A DNA stretch of 39,515 bases from Nitrospirota bacterium (GCA_021783455.1 JAJXTW010000003.1:1-39515); one strand, 5' to 3'. Counted from the first letter of the stretch, positions 9,264 through 20,321 are shown. Notes: generated by a model from the letters alone, not told the origin. Numbers and translations: made by a program.

Positions 9264-9306
9264 AAAAAAATAAAGCCTGATTCTAATCAATAGAATCAGG
9301 CCTTTT
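9264..9306 (-). terminator. Terminator of tRNA-Asn
   Basis: GCCTGATTCTA (9275-9285) / TAGAATCAGGC (9291-9301) plus an A-run on + (U-tract on -). Confidence 0.75.
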
Positions 9307-9311
9307 ATGTT

Positions 9312-9387
9312 TGGCTCCCGAAGCAGGACTCGAACCTGCGACATGGTGATTAACAGTCACCCGCTCTACCAACTGAGCTATTCGGGA
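9312..9387 (-). tRNA. tRNA-Asn(GTT)
   Basis: TCCCGAATAGCTCAGTTGGTAGAGCGGGTGACTGTTAATCACC...GGTTCGAGTCC...GGGAGCCA; 76 nt with CCA. Confidence 0.97.
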
Positions 9388-9527
9388 ATGATCGGTATGG
9401 CTTGGGAATGCATTAAATCAGGCTGGTATAAATACCATATATTGCGTGATATGTCAACGGGTTATTTACAGGGACGAAGGCAACGGTGTTGCGGTTTTTA
9501 CGCCGACATGGGCGGCTCGCTCCAGCG

Positions 9528-10124
9528 CTACCCGCCCTCCTGTCCTTTTTTGAGCTCCATGATCACGAGCTTGGCAATGGCCTTCAAGGTATCAAACACG
9601 CCGGTGCCGTCGGTTGCAATAGCCTCGTAATCAGGGAGGCCGCGCGGATTAAGCGCTTTCTTCATTTCCTCGAGCGGCACGACATTCGGCAGATCGCGCT
9701 TGTTGTACTGGATGATGAAGGGGACCTTGTCCAGATTGTATCCCTGTTCGGCAAGATTGATGCGCAGGTTTTCCATACTCTCGATGTTGGCTTCCATGCG
9801 CTCGACCTGGGAATCGGCTACAAAGACGACGCCATCAACACCCTTCAGGATGAGCTTGCGGCTTGCGTCGTAGAATACCTGGCCGGGGACCGTGTAAAGA
9901 TGAAAGCGGGTTTTAAAGCCGCGAATCTCACCGAGGGCGAGAGGAAGGAAATCGAAGAACAAGGTCCGCTCCGTCTCCGTAGCCAGCGAGATCATCTTGC
10001 CCTTGCTGTCCGGATTCGTTTTTTTGTAAATCCACTGCAGGTTGGTCGTCTTGCCGCACAGCCCGGGCCCGTAAAAGACGATCTTGCAGTTTATCTCTCT
10101 CGACGAATAATTGATAAAGGACAT
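9528..10124 (-). CDS. mglA: MglA small Ras-like GTPase
   Basis: [52 protein letters not shown]. Confidence 0.97.
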   Translation of the reverse strand: MSFINYSSREINCKIVFYGPGLCGKTTNLQWIYKKTNPDSKGKMISLATETERTLFFDFLPLALGEIRGFKTRFHLYTVPGQVFYDASRKLILKGVDGVVFVADSQVERMEANIESMENLRINLAEQGYNLDKVPFIIQYNKRDLPNVVPLEEMKKALNPRGLPDYEAIATDGTGVFDTLKAIAKLVIMELKKGQEGG

Positions 10125-10173
10125 GAGACGGTAATTCCTCTCCTACCTGCTTTCAGGGATGATCGCGGCTGGG

Positions 10174-10668
10174 CTATCCGAAGAGTTTATCAATATCTTC
10201 GTCCGTTATTTCTGCGAAGGGAGAATCAGCGCTCTTGCCCGAACCCTTTTCTGTTTCCACCTTCTGGAGGAGCTGGCTGAAAATGCTCCCGAGGGCTTCC
10301 GCGCTCTTTTTTACCCGAAGCCGGACAAGGCCGAGCGATGACCGCTGATCGAAGATCACCACCAGGATCACACGTTGCCCGATGATGGAGATATGGATAT
10401 TATCCCGCGCGCCCTCGTGGAACAGGATCGAGAATTCCTTTTCACCCAGGAGTTTGGCCATGCCGCCCGTGGCTGCGATATTGCCGGCGGTGAGCGACGC
10501 AAGCGAGGTGGTGTCGAGGTTTTCCGTCTCGCCGGTGGCCGCTATGAGCTGGCCGTTCTTGTCCACCAGGAACACGACTTTTGCGTTCGCCTGCTGCAGA
10601 AGGCGCTGAAGTTCCGCGTCTATCAGCTTGAATTCTTCATCATACATTACCAAGTCGGAACCCAGCAT
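10174..10668 (-). CDS. mglB: MglB roadblock/LC7 GAP
   Basis: VFLVDKNGQLIA, TSLASLTAGNIAATGG, SSLGLVRLRVKK, PFAEITDEDIDKLF. Confidence 0.96.
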   Translation of the reverse strand: MLGSDLVMYDEEFKLIDAELQRLLQQANAKVVFLVDKNGQLIAATGETENLDTTSLASLTAGNIAATGGMAKLLGEKEFSILFHEGARDNIHISIIGQRVILVVIFDQRSSLGLVRLRVKKSAEALGSIFSQLLQKVETEKGSGKSADSPFAEITDEDIDKLFG

Positions 10669-10771
10669 ATATGCATCTCCTTCTTGAATTTGCGCGCCTT
10701 GAGCACTACGGGGCTATTAAACCACACTGACTTGCAGATTTCAAGGCTTTTTTTGAAACCATCCTGTAAGT

Positions 10772-10803
10772 AAAATAGCCGGGAAGACATCCCTCCCGGC
10801 TAT
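10772..10803 (-). terminator. Probable terminator after porB
   Basis: ATAGCCGGGA (10775-10784) / TCCCGGCTAT (10794-10803). Confidence 0.6.
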
Positions 10804-10831
10804 GATCTTGGCCTAGTGCGGCAATAACAAT

Positions 10832-11788
10832 CTAACTCTTGGACATCTCCTGGAGTTTCTTGAGGCTCTCCCAGTCCTGGTCAACAAGCTCCTGGAACCG
10901 GGCGAGTAATGCCTCGTTGCCAGGCGCAAAGAGATGCTTGAACCGGCCCTGGGGCTTGAGCCATTCAGTAATCGGCTTTTTCCTGTCCTTGGGATCGTAG
11001 TTGATGGTCCACTTTCCATCCTGCACTTCATAAAGCGGCCAATAACAGGTTTCAACCGCAAGCCGCGAAAGCAGGATCGAGTCATTCGTCTGCGACCTCC
11101 AGCCCCGGTTGCAGGGAGAGACGACGCCCATATAAGCCGGACCGTTCGTGGCCAGGGCCTTTCGTACCTTGGTCATGAGGTCTTTCCAGTTGTGAGGCGA
11201 CGCCTGAGCAGCATAGGCCACGTTGTGCGCTGCCATAATGCGGGTAAGGTCCTTCCGGCGCTGCGTTTTTCCCTGGATCTTGGACCCCACCGGCTGGGTG
11301 GTCGTATCCGCGCCGAACGGCGTGGCGCTTGAGCGCTGGATGCCGGTGTTCATGTACGCACCGTTGTCGTAGCAAATATAGAGCAGCTGATGGCCTCGCT
11401 CCATGGCGCCCGAGAGCGCCTGGAAACCGATGTCGTAGGTGCCGCCGTCGCCCCCGAAAGCGATGAACTTCATCTCCTTCTTGAGCTTTCCCTGTTTTCG
11501 GAGCGAACGGTACATGGTCTCGATCCCGGAAGCCGTGGCAGCCGCGTTCTCAAAGGCGCTGTGCATCCACGGTACCTGCCACGCCGTATACGGGAACAGG
11601 CAGGTCGAAACTTCGAGACAGCCCGTTGCGTTCGCGATGACCACCGGTTCGTCAATGGCCATCAGGACCTGCCGAACGATAGTCGGGGCGCCGCAACCGG
11701 AACACATCCGGTGGCCGCCGGTAAGATGAACCGGCTTGTGCGTCAATGCTTTCAGGGTCAGGGGATTTTCCTGTGTCGGTGTACTCAT
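10832..11788 (-). CDS. porB: Pyruvate (2-oxoacid):ferredoxin oxidoreductase beta subunit
   Basis: GHRMCSGCG, ATGCLEV, GGDGGTYDIG...YDNGAYMNTG TPP-binding motif. Confidence 0.93.
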   Translation of the reverse strand: MSTPTQENPLTLKALTHKPVHLTGGHRMCSGCGAPTIVRQVLMAIDEPVVIANATGCLEVSTCLFPYTAWQVPWMHSAFENAAATASGIETMYRSLRKQGKLKKEMKFIAFGGDGGTYDIGFQALSGAMERGHQLLYICYDNGAYMNTGIQRSSATPFGADTTTQPVGSKIQGKTQRRKDLTRIMAAHNVAYAAQASPHNWKDLMTKVRKALATNGPAYMGVVSPCNRGWRSQTNDSILLSRLAVETCYWPLYEVQDGKWTINYDPKDRKKPITEWLKPQGRFKHLFAPGNEALLARFQELVDQDWESLKKLQEMSKS

Positions 11789-11838
11789 TGTGTTCTCCTA
11801 TAGGCGATATTCTGAGGATATCGAATGGGAAGTTATTT

Positions 11839-13026
11839 TCAGTTCCGGACCGTAATATACTCTTTTATCATTTTCGCCTTGCCTGTCTTCGCGACCTCAA
11901 TCGTTTCATCGATCAGCTGGTCAACGTCAAGGGGCATCAGGTCCCTGCCGCCCAAACCGTAGACCTTGTTGAACAGCACGGGCCCGCGATGGGGCTGTAC
12001 AGCCGACGCGATCTCCATGAAGAGTGGACCGTAGCCGCCGTAGGAATCGGCGCGGTCCATGACGCAGACGGCCTTGGCGTTCTTGAGAGCAGCGCCGACT
12101 TCCTCGTACGGGAAGGGTCTGAACACGCGGGGCTTGAGCAAGCCGGCCTTCACGCCCTTTTCGCGATATCGGTCAACCTCGTCTTTGATCGTACCCGCCG
12201 CGGAGTTGAGCGCAACAAGAACCACCTCCGCATCTTCGAGCCGGTAGGATTCGAAGAGATCGTATGTGCGGCCGAAAAGCCTGGCGAACTCTGCGGAAAC
12301 ATCGGAAATGACCTTCTTTGCGTTCAGCATGGCTTCGTGCTGGGCCCGCTTGTGCTCCATGTAGTAGTCCGGCAGCACCAGCGCGCCGATGCTCTTGGGG
12401 TGATCGATGTCGAGGAGGGGATCGATGGCGATGTAGTCGCCCACAAATTTTTTCACTTCAGCATCAGGGATGAACGTCATGCTCTCGATCGAGTGGCTGA
12501 TAATGAAGCCGTCCATGTTGACCGCGATCGGCAGCCGAACGTCCTTGTGCTCGGCTATGCGGTATGCCATGATCGTATTGTCGTAAGCCTCCTGGGCGTT
12601 CTCGGAGAAGAGCTGGATCCAGCTGCAGTCGCGCATACCCATGCCGTCCGAATGGTCGCCGTGAATATTGAGCGGCGCTGACAGCGCCCGGTTCACCAGG
12701 GCCATCAGAATGGGCAAGCGATAGCCTGAAGCGATATGCAGCATTTCCCACATGAGGGCGAGGCCCTGTGCAGAGGTCGCTGTTGCCACGCGCCCGCCGG
12801 CTGCCGAGGCGCCGATGCAGGCGCTCATGGCGCTGTGTTCGCTCTCCACGAGGATCGTCTCGGTGTCCACCTTGCCGTCGGAGACGAACTTGGTAAAGGA
12901 TTCCATGATGCCGGTCGATGGCGTGATAGGATACGCGGGCATCACATCGGGGTTGAGTTGGCGAAGCGCTTCGGCAACCGCCTGGTTGCCGGTAACCGCC
13001 ACGATCTTGGTCGTCGTTGCTCCCAT
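11839..13026 (-). CDS. porA: Pyruvate:ferredoxin oxidoreductase alpha subunit
   Basis: AYPITPST, VESEHSAMS, TATSAQGL, APLNIHGDHSD; start at MGATTT (13026). Confidence 0.93.
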   Translation of the reverse strand: MGATTTKIVAVTGNQAVAEALRQLNPDVMPAYPITPSTGIMESFTKFVSDGKVDTETILVESEHSAMSACIGASAAGGRVATATSAQGLALMWEMLHIASGYRLPILMALVNRALSAPLNIHGDHSDGMGMRDCSWIQLFSENAQEAYDNTIMAYRIAEHKDVRLPIAVNMDGFIISHSIESMTFIPDAEVKKFVGDYIAIDPLLDIDHPKSIGALVLPDYYMEHKRAQHEAMLNAKKVISDVSAEFARLFGRTYDLFESYRLEDAEVVLVALNSAAGTIKDEVDRYREKGVKAGLLKPRVFRPFPYEEVGAALKNAKAVCVMDRADSYGGYGPLFMEIASAVQPHRGPVLFNKVYGLGGRDLMPLDVDQLIDETIEVAKTGKAKMIKEYITVRN

Positions 13027-13027
13027 G

Positions 13028-13321
13028 TTATTTGCCCTCCTCTTCCATAACAATAGCTTTATTGCCTTTTTTCCCCGGGCATTCCATGGCGCAGACGCCG
13101 CAGCCCTTGCAGTGATCATAATCGAATCCCGTCATCTTTTCATCCTTGACGCTGACCGCGGAGTCGGGGCAGTAGATCCAGCAAAAGAGACATTGAATGC
13201 AGTTCTCTTCGATCCAGCGCGGCTTGAGCGAACGCCACGAGCCGGTCTTATATTCGTTTGCGTTGCCGGCCTTCAATATGGATCCGGCATGGGGCAGTTC
13301 ATTCCAGTTCATCTGTTTCAT
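13028..13321 (-). CDS. porD: Pyruvate:ferredoxin oxidoreductase delta subunit (2x4Fe-4S)
   Basis: KTGSWR, CIQCLFCWIYCP, CKGCGVCAMECP. Confidence 0.93.
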   Translation of the reverse strand: MKQMNWNELPHAGSILKAGNANEYKTGSWRSLKPRWIEENCIQCLFCWIYCPDSAVSVKDEKMTGFDYDHCKGCGVCAMECPGKKGNKAIVMEEEGK

Positions 13322-13893
13322 CCTTCTTTTACCTCCTCGTACCCGCGCTTCACGGCGGCGAGATTCCCATCGATGATCTTCTGCGCAAATTTCTTCCCGA
13401 AGCTGCCTTTCACGTCATCGAGCAGCACATCCATGCCCACGATGCCCGTTGCCCTGTTAACTGCGCCGAGCATGCATGAGTTCGGCATGTTTCTTCCGAT
13501 GGTCTCGACGGCGATCTTCGATGCGTCAACGGTAAAGACTTTTTGGGTCGGCTTGACCTTCAACTTCAGCCGCACATCCTTGGGATCCTTGCCCGTGTTG
13601 ATGATGAATACGGCATCGTCCTTCGCACCCTCGGCCACGTTGATAGCATCGAGGAGTGTTGCATCCACGACCGCCACCACACCGGGGTTCAATACCGGGC
13701 AGTGCATCCTGAGAATCTTCTCGCTGACCCGGTTATACGCGCGGAGCGGCGCACCTGCGCGTTCAGGGCCGTATTCCGGGAACGCCTGCACGTTGCGGCC
13801 TCCGGAGAGACATGCATCTGCAAGCACTTTGGCCGCAGTAACCGTACCCTGGCCGCCTCTTCCGTGCCATCTGATCTCAATCATTTCTGCCAT
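13318..13893 (-). CDS. porC: Pyruvate:ferredoxin oxidoreductase gamma subunit
   Basis: IEIRWHGRGGQG, FPEYGPERAGAP; start MAEMIE at 13893 with GGAGG RBS; the extension in the ORF track is repeat DNA. Confidence 0.93.
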   Translation of the reverse strand: MAEMIEIRWHGRGGQGTVTAAKVLADACLSGGRNVQAFPEYGPERAGAPLRAYNRVSEKILRMHCPVLNPGVVAVVDATLLDAINVAEGAKDDAVFIINTGKDPKDVRLKLKVKPTQKVFTVDASKIAVETIGRNMPNSCMLGAVNRATGIVGMDVLLDDVKGSFGKKFAQKIIDGNLAAVKRGYEEVKEG

Positions 13894-13908
13894 AAGAACC
13901 TCCAAATC

Positions 13909-13986
13909 ATTGCGGATTGTGGATTGCGGATTGCAGATTGCAGATTGTACAACAAATCCGAAATCGAAAATCCGCAATCCGAGATT
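13909..13986. repeat. Heptamer tandem repeat arranged as an imperfect inverted repeat
   Basis: ATTGCGG ATTGTGG ATTGCGG ATTGCAG ATTGCAG ATTGTAC ... AAATCCG AAATCGA AAATCCG CAATCCG. Confidence 0.85.
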
Positions 13987-13989
13987 ATC

Positions 13990-14661
13990 TTACATTTCCC
14001 TTCGTCCTTCAAGCGCCCGCTGAACGGTGTTCTCGTCGGCGTACTCGATGTCCCCGCCCACCGGGAGGCCATAGGCGATGCGGCTGACGCTGATGCCCAG
14101 CGGTTTGATCAATTTCGAAAGGTACAGGGCCGTAGTCTCGCCCTTTACCGTGGGGTTCGTGGCAATGATGACTTCTTTGATGTCGCCGGACCTGAGCCGC
14201 TCCAGGAGGCCGTCAATTTTGAGGTCCTCGGGACCGATGCCGTCGAGCGGCGAGATCGCGCCGAGCAAAGCGTGGTAGCGTCCCCGGAAGGTGGCGCTCT
14301 TTTCCAGGATGAGAATGTTGCTCGGCTCTTCCACAACGCAAATCCGGGTATTGTCCCGTCTCACGTCAAGGCAAATGCAGCAAATCTCCTCTTCGGTGAT
14401 ATTGTTGCAAACCGTGCAATACCGGCTGTTGTTCTTGAGGTCCAGGATGGCCTGGGCGATGCCCGCTGCTTCTTCGCGCGGCATGCCCAGAACGGCAAAA
14501 GCGAGCCGCTCGGCGCTTTTTCTTCCGATGCCAGGAAGCTTCATGAAGGCCCCGACCATCCGGCCCAAAGCCTTACCGGAGACCTCGGCAACCTGCGCCC
14601 CGGCTTTTCCTTGTCTTCTTCCCAGCGAGGCGGCCCGAGACGTTTGCTCCTGCTCATTCAC
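13990..14661 (-). CDS. recR: Recombination mediator RecR (start uncertain)
   Basis: KLPGIGRKSAERLA, C4 zinc finger CTVCNN..CCIC, toprim IIATNPTVKGETTA, RIAYGLPVGGDIEYAD. Confidence 0.95.
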   Translation of the reverse strand: MNEQEQTSRAASLGRRQGKAGAQVAEVSGKALGRMVGAFMKLPGIGRKSAERLAFAVLGMPREEAAGIAQAILDLKNNSRYCTVCNNITEEEICCICLDVRRDNTRICVVEEPSNILILEKSATFRGRYHALLGAISPLDGIGPEDLKIDGLLERLRSGDIKEVIIATNPTVKGETTALYLSKLIKPLGISVSRIAYGLPVGGDIEYADENTVQRALEGRREM

Positions 14662-14743
14662 TGCGCTGTCCTGTCTTGTTCACCTTGAATCGTATCAAGT
14701 TCGGATTTCGGATTGAAAAAAATCAGAAATCGATAATGCATAA

Positions 14744-15064
14744 TTAGAACAACCCGGGCGGCAGCCCCATTCCCGCGGTAAGTTTGCCCATTTCTTCCTT
14801 CATCAGGTCCTGCGATTTTCTGAGGGCCTCATTCACTGCGGCAGTAACCAGGTCCTGCAGCATATCGATGTCCTTAGGGTCGACCACCGAAGGGTCTATC
14901 TTGATCGAAAGCACTTCCTGCCGGCCATTGCAGACCACGGTCACCATGCCGCCGCCGGAGGACGCCTCAACGGTTTTGCCCGCCGCCTCTTCCTGGAGCT
15001 TTTTCACCCGCTCCTGCATTTGCTGGGCCTGTTTCATGATATTACTGAGCATGTTTTTTGACAT
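14744..15064 (-). CDS. ybaB: YbaB/EbfC nucleoid-associated protein
   Basis: MKQAQQMQ, EASSGGGMVTV, DMLQDLVTAAVNEA; located between dnaX and recR. Confidence 0.93.
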   Translation of the reverse strand: MSKNMLSNIMKQAQQMQERVKKLQEEAAGKTVEASSGGGMVTVVCNGRQEVLSIKIDPSVVDPKDIDMLQDLVTAAVNEALRKSQDLMKEEMGKLTAGMGLPPGLF

Positions 15065-15212
15065 TGGCAACCTTATACAGAACGAAATAAAATTAAGAAA
15101 AAGGAATGATATAATAAAAGAATTTTTGCGGTTTTGCAAGCTAAATTGCGGGGTTTATGAATCTATAAAAAAAACAAATGATTTGTTGTTGGAATAGCGT
15201 GGGGCTCGTTTT

Positions 15213-16862
15213 TCAATCCGACGAATGGTCGTTTTCTATGACTTCTCCCTTGGGAAACACCCGGAGCACGTCCTGAATTGCGGGGTCTTGTTCCTCAGGC
15301 CCTGCTTTTTTCTGGCTTTTCGCCCTTGCCTCCGGCTTCGGGGCATCGGCAAGGGGCTGTACCTTTACACTCAGCTTCTTGCTCAGAATGCCTGCAACGA
15401 CTTCTTCCAGGAGCATCCTGCTCTCCCGTTTTTCAACGAGTTCAACTTGAAAACTGGCGCCAGAGACGCCGATAACCAGTTCACTGTCCGTCATGCTCGT
15501 AATCGTGCTATGCGCGAGCGCTGATGCAAGGCCCGGTTTTTTCGACTTGAGCGCGGAGATGACTCCTCCCCAAAGGTCGCCATACTCTCCGCTCCCCAAG
15601 GCAACGACCTGCCGGGACGGCGGGACAAGAGCCTTCGGCGAAGCGGCATAAGGCGCGGCGCCTTCGCTGATTCGGTGGGCAGCAACAGGGGACTTTACCG
15701 GCAAAGAGCCGCCGCGGGCAAGTCTCGCCTCAAGCTCTTTCATGCGGCCCAGGACCTCGGAAAGAGGCTGCAAGGGAGCAATAGCACTGGCCTTCATCAG
15801 ACCCACTTCCAGGGTGAAGCGCTGATGCGGGGACCAGCGCATGTCGTCAAGCGTCTTGGAGAGGCTGTCAAACAGCATGAGGAGGCGGTCGACATCCGCT
15901 TCAGCTGCCTGCTTTTTTATCGCATCGAGATCAACCATGGACAGCTCGATGATCTGGCCCGGATCCGACGCGACTTTCACGACCAGCAGGTTCCTCACAT
16001 GTTCCACCGCGCCGGCCAAAAACTGACGCATGTCCTGCCCCTGCTCCAGTAACGCATCGATCTGCTTCAAAAGGCCGGCTGCGTCCCGTGCCAGGAGGCC
16101 CGTGGTGAACTGCAGAAGCGCCGGCTGGGCAACCGAGCCCAGCGTTGCCTGGAGGTCGTCGTCCTTGATCTCCATGCCGCTGTACGAGACCGCCTGGTCG
16201 AGTAAACTCTGTGAATCACGCATACTGCCTTCCGCAGCCCGTGCAAGCATGGCAAGTCCCGAATCGGATATGGTAATTCCCTCGGCAGCGGCAATCGTGC
16301 GGAGCCGCTCAATGATCTCGTGAAGCGCGACCCGTTTAAAACCGTAGCGCTGGCAGCGGGAGTGGATCGTGGCGGGAATTTTCTGCGGTTCGGTGGTGGC
16401 GAAAATAAAAATCACGTGCGGCGGCGGCTCTTCGAGGGTCTTCAAGAGCGCGTTAAACGCCTCGTTCGTGAGCATGTGGACTTCGTCGATGACATAGACC
16501 TTGTACTTGCCGCCCACGGGCGCATATTTGACGGCCTCGCGCAGCTCGCGGATGTGCTCGATACCGCGGTTCGACGCGCCGTCAATCTCGATAACATCGA
16601 CGGAGGTGCCGGCTGTCGTCTCGATACAAGGATCGCATTTGCCGCAGGGCGTCGGCGTCGGGCCCTGGTCGCAGTTCAGCGCTTTGGCGAGAATGCGGGC
16701 CGTCGTGGTCTTCCCGACGCCGCGGGGACCGGAGAACAGGAAGGCATGGGCAAGCCGTCCCGACGTGATCGCGTTCTGGAGCGTTCGCGTAATGTGCCCC
16801 TGTCCGACCACATCCTCGAAAACCTGGGGCCTCCACTTTCTGGCAAGCACCTGGTAGCTCAT
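15213..16862 (-). CDS. dnaX: DNA polymerase III subunit gamma/tau
   Basis: MSYQVLARKWRPQ, GPRGVGKTT, DEVHML, NALLKTLEEPP, SRC. Confidence 0.97.
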   Translation of the reverse strand: MSYQVLARKWRPQVFEDVVGQGHITRTLQNAITSGRLAHAFLFSGPRGVGKTTTARILAKALNCDQGPTPTPCGKCDPCIETTAGTSVDVIEIDGASNRGIEHIRELREAVKYAPVGGKYKVYVIDEVHMLTNEAFNALLKTLEEPPPHVIFIFATTEPQKIPATIHSRCQRYGFKRVALHEIIERLRTIAAAEGITISDSGLAMLARAAEGSMRDSQSLLDQAVSYSGMEIKDDDLQATLGSVAQPALLQFTTGLLARDAAGLLKQIDALLEQGQDMRQFLAGAVEHVRNLLVVKVASDPGQIIELSMVDLDAIKKQAAEADVDRLLMLFDSLSKTLDDMRWSPHQRFTLEVGLMKASAIAPLQPLSEVLGRMKELEARLARGGSLPVKSPVAAHRISEGAAPYAASPKALVPPSRQVVALGSGEYGDLWGGVISALKSKKPGLASALAHSTITSMTDSELVIGVSGASFQVELVEKRESRMLLEEVVAGILSKKLSVKVQPLADAPKPEARAKSQKKAGPEEQDPAIQDVLRVFPKGEVIENDHSSD

Positions 16863-16995
16863 AGCACCCTCACATCAACCCACATAAATCAATAATCAAT
16901 GCTGAATTAACCACGGATGAACACAGATAATAACCGATGGATGAAAGAAAATATTTCATTGAAATTGAGCGGGGAAATTTACATAAAAATAAAAG

Positions 16996-17108
16996 GCTCA
17001 TAAACCCGGGCGCTCCTGCGGCACACCTGGAACCCGTTTACCGCTGCTTCCTTCCGGACCTGACGGGATTCACGGGACCGCGGTTGCGCAGGACCCGGGC
17101 TCATGAGC
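16996..17108 (-). ncRNA. ffs: Small SRP RNA (4.5S); ends approximate
   Basis: Conserved GTCAGGTCCGGAAGGAAGCAGC in a long hairpin closed by CCCGGG ends; upstream of dnaX. Confidence 0.93.
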
Positions 17109-17185
17109 GCGAAAACTACAGTTCAGCGTAAAAAACAGTCTGTTTCTTTTCACTTTTCACCCTGAACTTAGAACTATTGTTAATA

Positions 17186-17273
17186 TGGCGGAGAGGGTGG
17201 GGTTCGAACCCACGTTAGGTTTCCCTAAACACGCTTTCCAAGCGTGCGCCTTCAGCCGCTCGGCCACCTCTCC
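17186..17273 (-). tRNA. tRNA-Ser(GGA)
   Basis: GGAGAGGTGGCCGAGCGG... anticodon arm CACGC-TTGGAAA-GCGTG, long variable arm, CCA. Confidence 0.96.
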
Positions 17274-17312
17274 GGTTTCTACTTATGTTATGTACTCTGA
17301 ACTACGCTTTTA

Positions 17313-17402
17313 TGGCGGAGAGGGGGGGATTTGAACCCCCGGTGGAGTTACCCCCACAACAGTTTTCGAGACTGCCGCCTTCAGCCACTCGGCCACCTCT
17401 CC
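17313..17402 (-). tRNA. tRNA-Ser(CGA)
   Basis: Anticodon arm GCAGT-CTCGAAA-ACTGT, long variable arm, CCA. Confidence 0.96.
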
Positions 17403-17422
17403 GAATTTTGACCTGAGAGCCC

Positions 17423-17896
17423 CTATTTCTGCCTGAGCTTCTCAAAAAAACCCTGAAGCATCAAGCGGCACTCAGCCTCGAGCACTCCCGGCGTAATCCG
17501 GTAGTTATGATTTAACCGTCCGTCCCGAACGACATCATATACCGACCCGAGGGCGCCTGCCTTCGGATCCCGGCATCCGTATACCAGCCGATCGACCCTT
17601 GCAAGCACCAAAGCGCCGGCGCACATGAGGCACGGTTCCAGGGTCACATACACCGTGGCATCGTGAAGTCGCCATCTGCCAAGGCGGGCCGAAGCTTCGC
17701 GGACCACGAGAAGTTCTGCATGGGCCGCGGGGTCCTGCCAGGTCTCGCGCATGTTATGCGCCGTAACGACACATTCATGGTTGATGACCAGTACGGCACC
17801 GACCGGGGTCTCGCCGATAGCAGCCGCCTTCTCCGCTTCGGCCAGAGCCATGCGCATGAAATACTCGTCGCTCTTTTGCCCCGATGTCGCTTTCAT
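17423..17896 (-). CDS. tadA: tRNA adenosine(34) deaminase
   Basis: HAE, VTLEPCLMCAGA, DPKAGA, RLNH; start MKATSG (17896) because the longer ORF runs into tRNA-Arg. Confidence 0.93.
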   Translation of the reverse strand: MKATSGQKSDEYFMRMALAEAEKAAAIGETPVGAVLVINHECVVTAHNMRETWQDPAAHAELLVVREASARLGRWRLHDATVYVTLEPCLMCAGALVLARVDRLVYGCRDPKAGALGSVYDVVRDGRLNHNYRITPGVLEAECRLMLQGFFEKLRQK

Positions 17897-17938
17897 GATC
17901 CGTTGATACGAGGGCGTCTCCGTACTTCGCGATTTAAA

Positions 17939-18015
17939 TGGTGCGCCCAAGAGGATTCGAACCTCTGGCCTACGGATTCGTAGTCCGTTGCTCTATCCAG
18001 CTGAGCTATGGGCGC
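17939..18015 (-). tRNA. tRNA-Arg(ACG)
   Basis: GCGCCCATAGCTCAGCTGGATAGAGC; anticodon arm ACGGA-CTACGAA-TCCGT; CCA. Confidence 0.97.
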
Positions 18016-18053
18016 AAATAAAGTGCACAGATGCGCGCTTTACGCATCTGTGC
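18016..18053 (-). terminator. Terminator-like or processing hairpin between the lipoprotein gene and tRNA-Arg
   Basis: GCACAGATGCG / CGCATCTGTGC perfect 11-bp stem followed by ACTTTATTT on the minus strand. Confidence 0.45.
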
Positions 18054-18090
18054 CTCATCGTGTGTGTTTCGGTCTCACGAGCCGTTGTTG

Positions 18091-18588
18091 TTACTTTGCA
18101 ACTCCGCCCACAAGCAGGATGGCTATTTTTTCGTGTTCAAAGGGATGCACGTCGGGGTGCATGGAATACAGCCAGCCCTTCCACTCCGGTTTTCCCGGCT
18201 CCTGTATGACTACCTGAACTGCCGGATTGTTCGGTTTATCCGTTGCCGAGGTGATTTCCTTGTCGGTCATCCGGAAGTCAGGCAGGAACGCAAGTACCTT
18301 GATTTTCACCTTCGTCTTCGGAATTGCCAGGTCTGATCCCACGGCAATGGTGTATTCCTTCGAACCCTTGGTGGCCTTGTCCGTAATGGCTATTTTTACG
18401 GCTTTCCATTTGGCTTTCACGTCCTTCGGAACGACGACCGTCCGTTCTACTTTGGGCGTGCCCGGCATCCCGTTTTCCATGCCAGGGTGTCCCGGCGGCA
18501 ATTGGGGCGTTGCTTCCTTCTTTTTGCATGCCCCGAATGAAACGGCTAGAATCAATACGGCGATGATTATTCCGAGCTTCTTCAGCAT
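18091..18588 (-). CDS. Lipoprotein, DUF2155-like
   Basis: Lipobox FGAC, LPPGHP, FLPDF, NPAVQV, WKGWLYS. Confidence 0.7.
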   Translation of the reverse strand: MLKKLGIIIAVLILAVSFGACKKKEATPQLPPGHPGMENGMPGTPKVERTVVVPKDVKAKWKAVKIAITDKATKGSKEYTIAVGSDLAIPKTKVKIKVLAFLPDFRMTDKEITSATDKPNNPAVQVVIQEPGKPEWKGWLYSMHPDVHPFEHEKIAILLVGGVAK

Positions 18589-18652
18589 TGTTCAATTCCC
18601 TCCTTAAACTATTTTAAATCGGGCACGACCTGCCTTGCACATCCAGCTAAAA

Positions 18653-18742
18653 TGGCGGAGAGGCCGGGATTCGAACCCGGGGTGGAGTCACCCCCACAAC
18701 TGCTTAGCAGGCAGCTGCCTTCAGCCGCTCGGCCACCTCTCC
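18653..18742 (-). tRNA. tRNA-Ser(GCT)
   Basis: Anticodon arm GCTGC-CTGCTAA-GCAGT, long variable arm, CCA. Confidence 0.96.
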
Positions 18743-18848
18743 GTGCAACGATAGTTCAAAGGACTCAGTTCCGAGTTCAGAGCAGAATTGGCCCGGCTTT
18801 TTCCGCCGCGCCGCACTCTGAACTTTTAACTCAGTACTTTACTATTTA

Positions 18849-18934
<86 letters not shown>

Positions 18935-18992
18935 GTTAACGATTGTAGATTGCGGATTTTTTATGCCGCCTTCGGCAATCCGAAATTCCCAA

Positions 18993-20294
<1,302 letters not shown>

Positions 20295-20321
20295 TTACAG
20301 TATCATTCTCCTCTTCTGTTG

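Noticed and set aside
13909-13986. Repeat array as a possible CRISPR
   Set aside because: 7-nt units with no unique spacers, and no cas genes.
12752-14688. 423-aa and 381-aa + strand ORFs
   Set aside because: Antisense to the por genes and recR, and they run through the heptamer repeat.
15300-15545. dnaX programmed -1 frameshift site (A6 runs)
   Set aside because: The AAAAAAG near 15305-15311 is not in the A-AAA-AAG codon phase and lies near the C-terminus; no clear stimulatory element.
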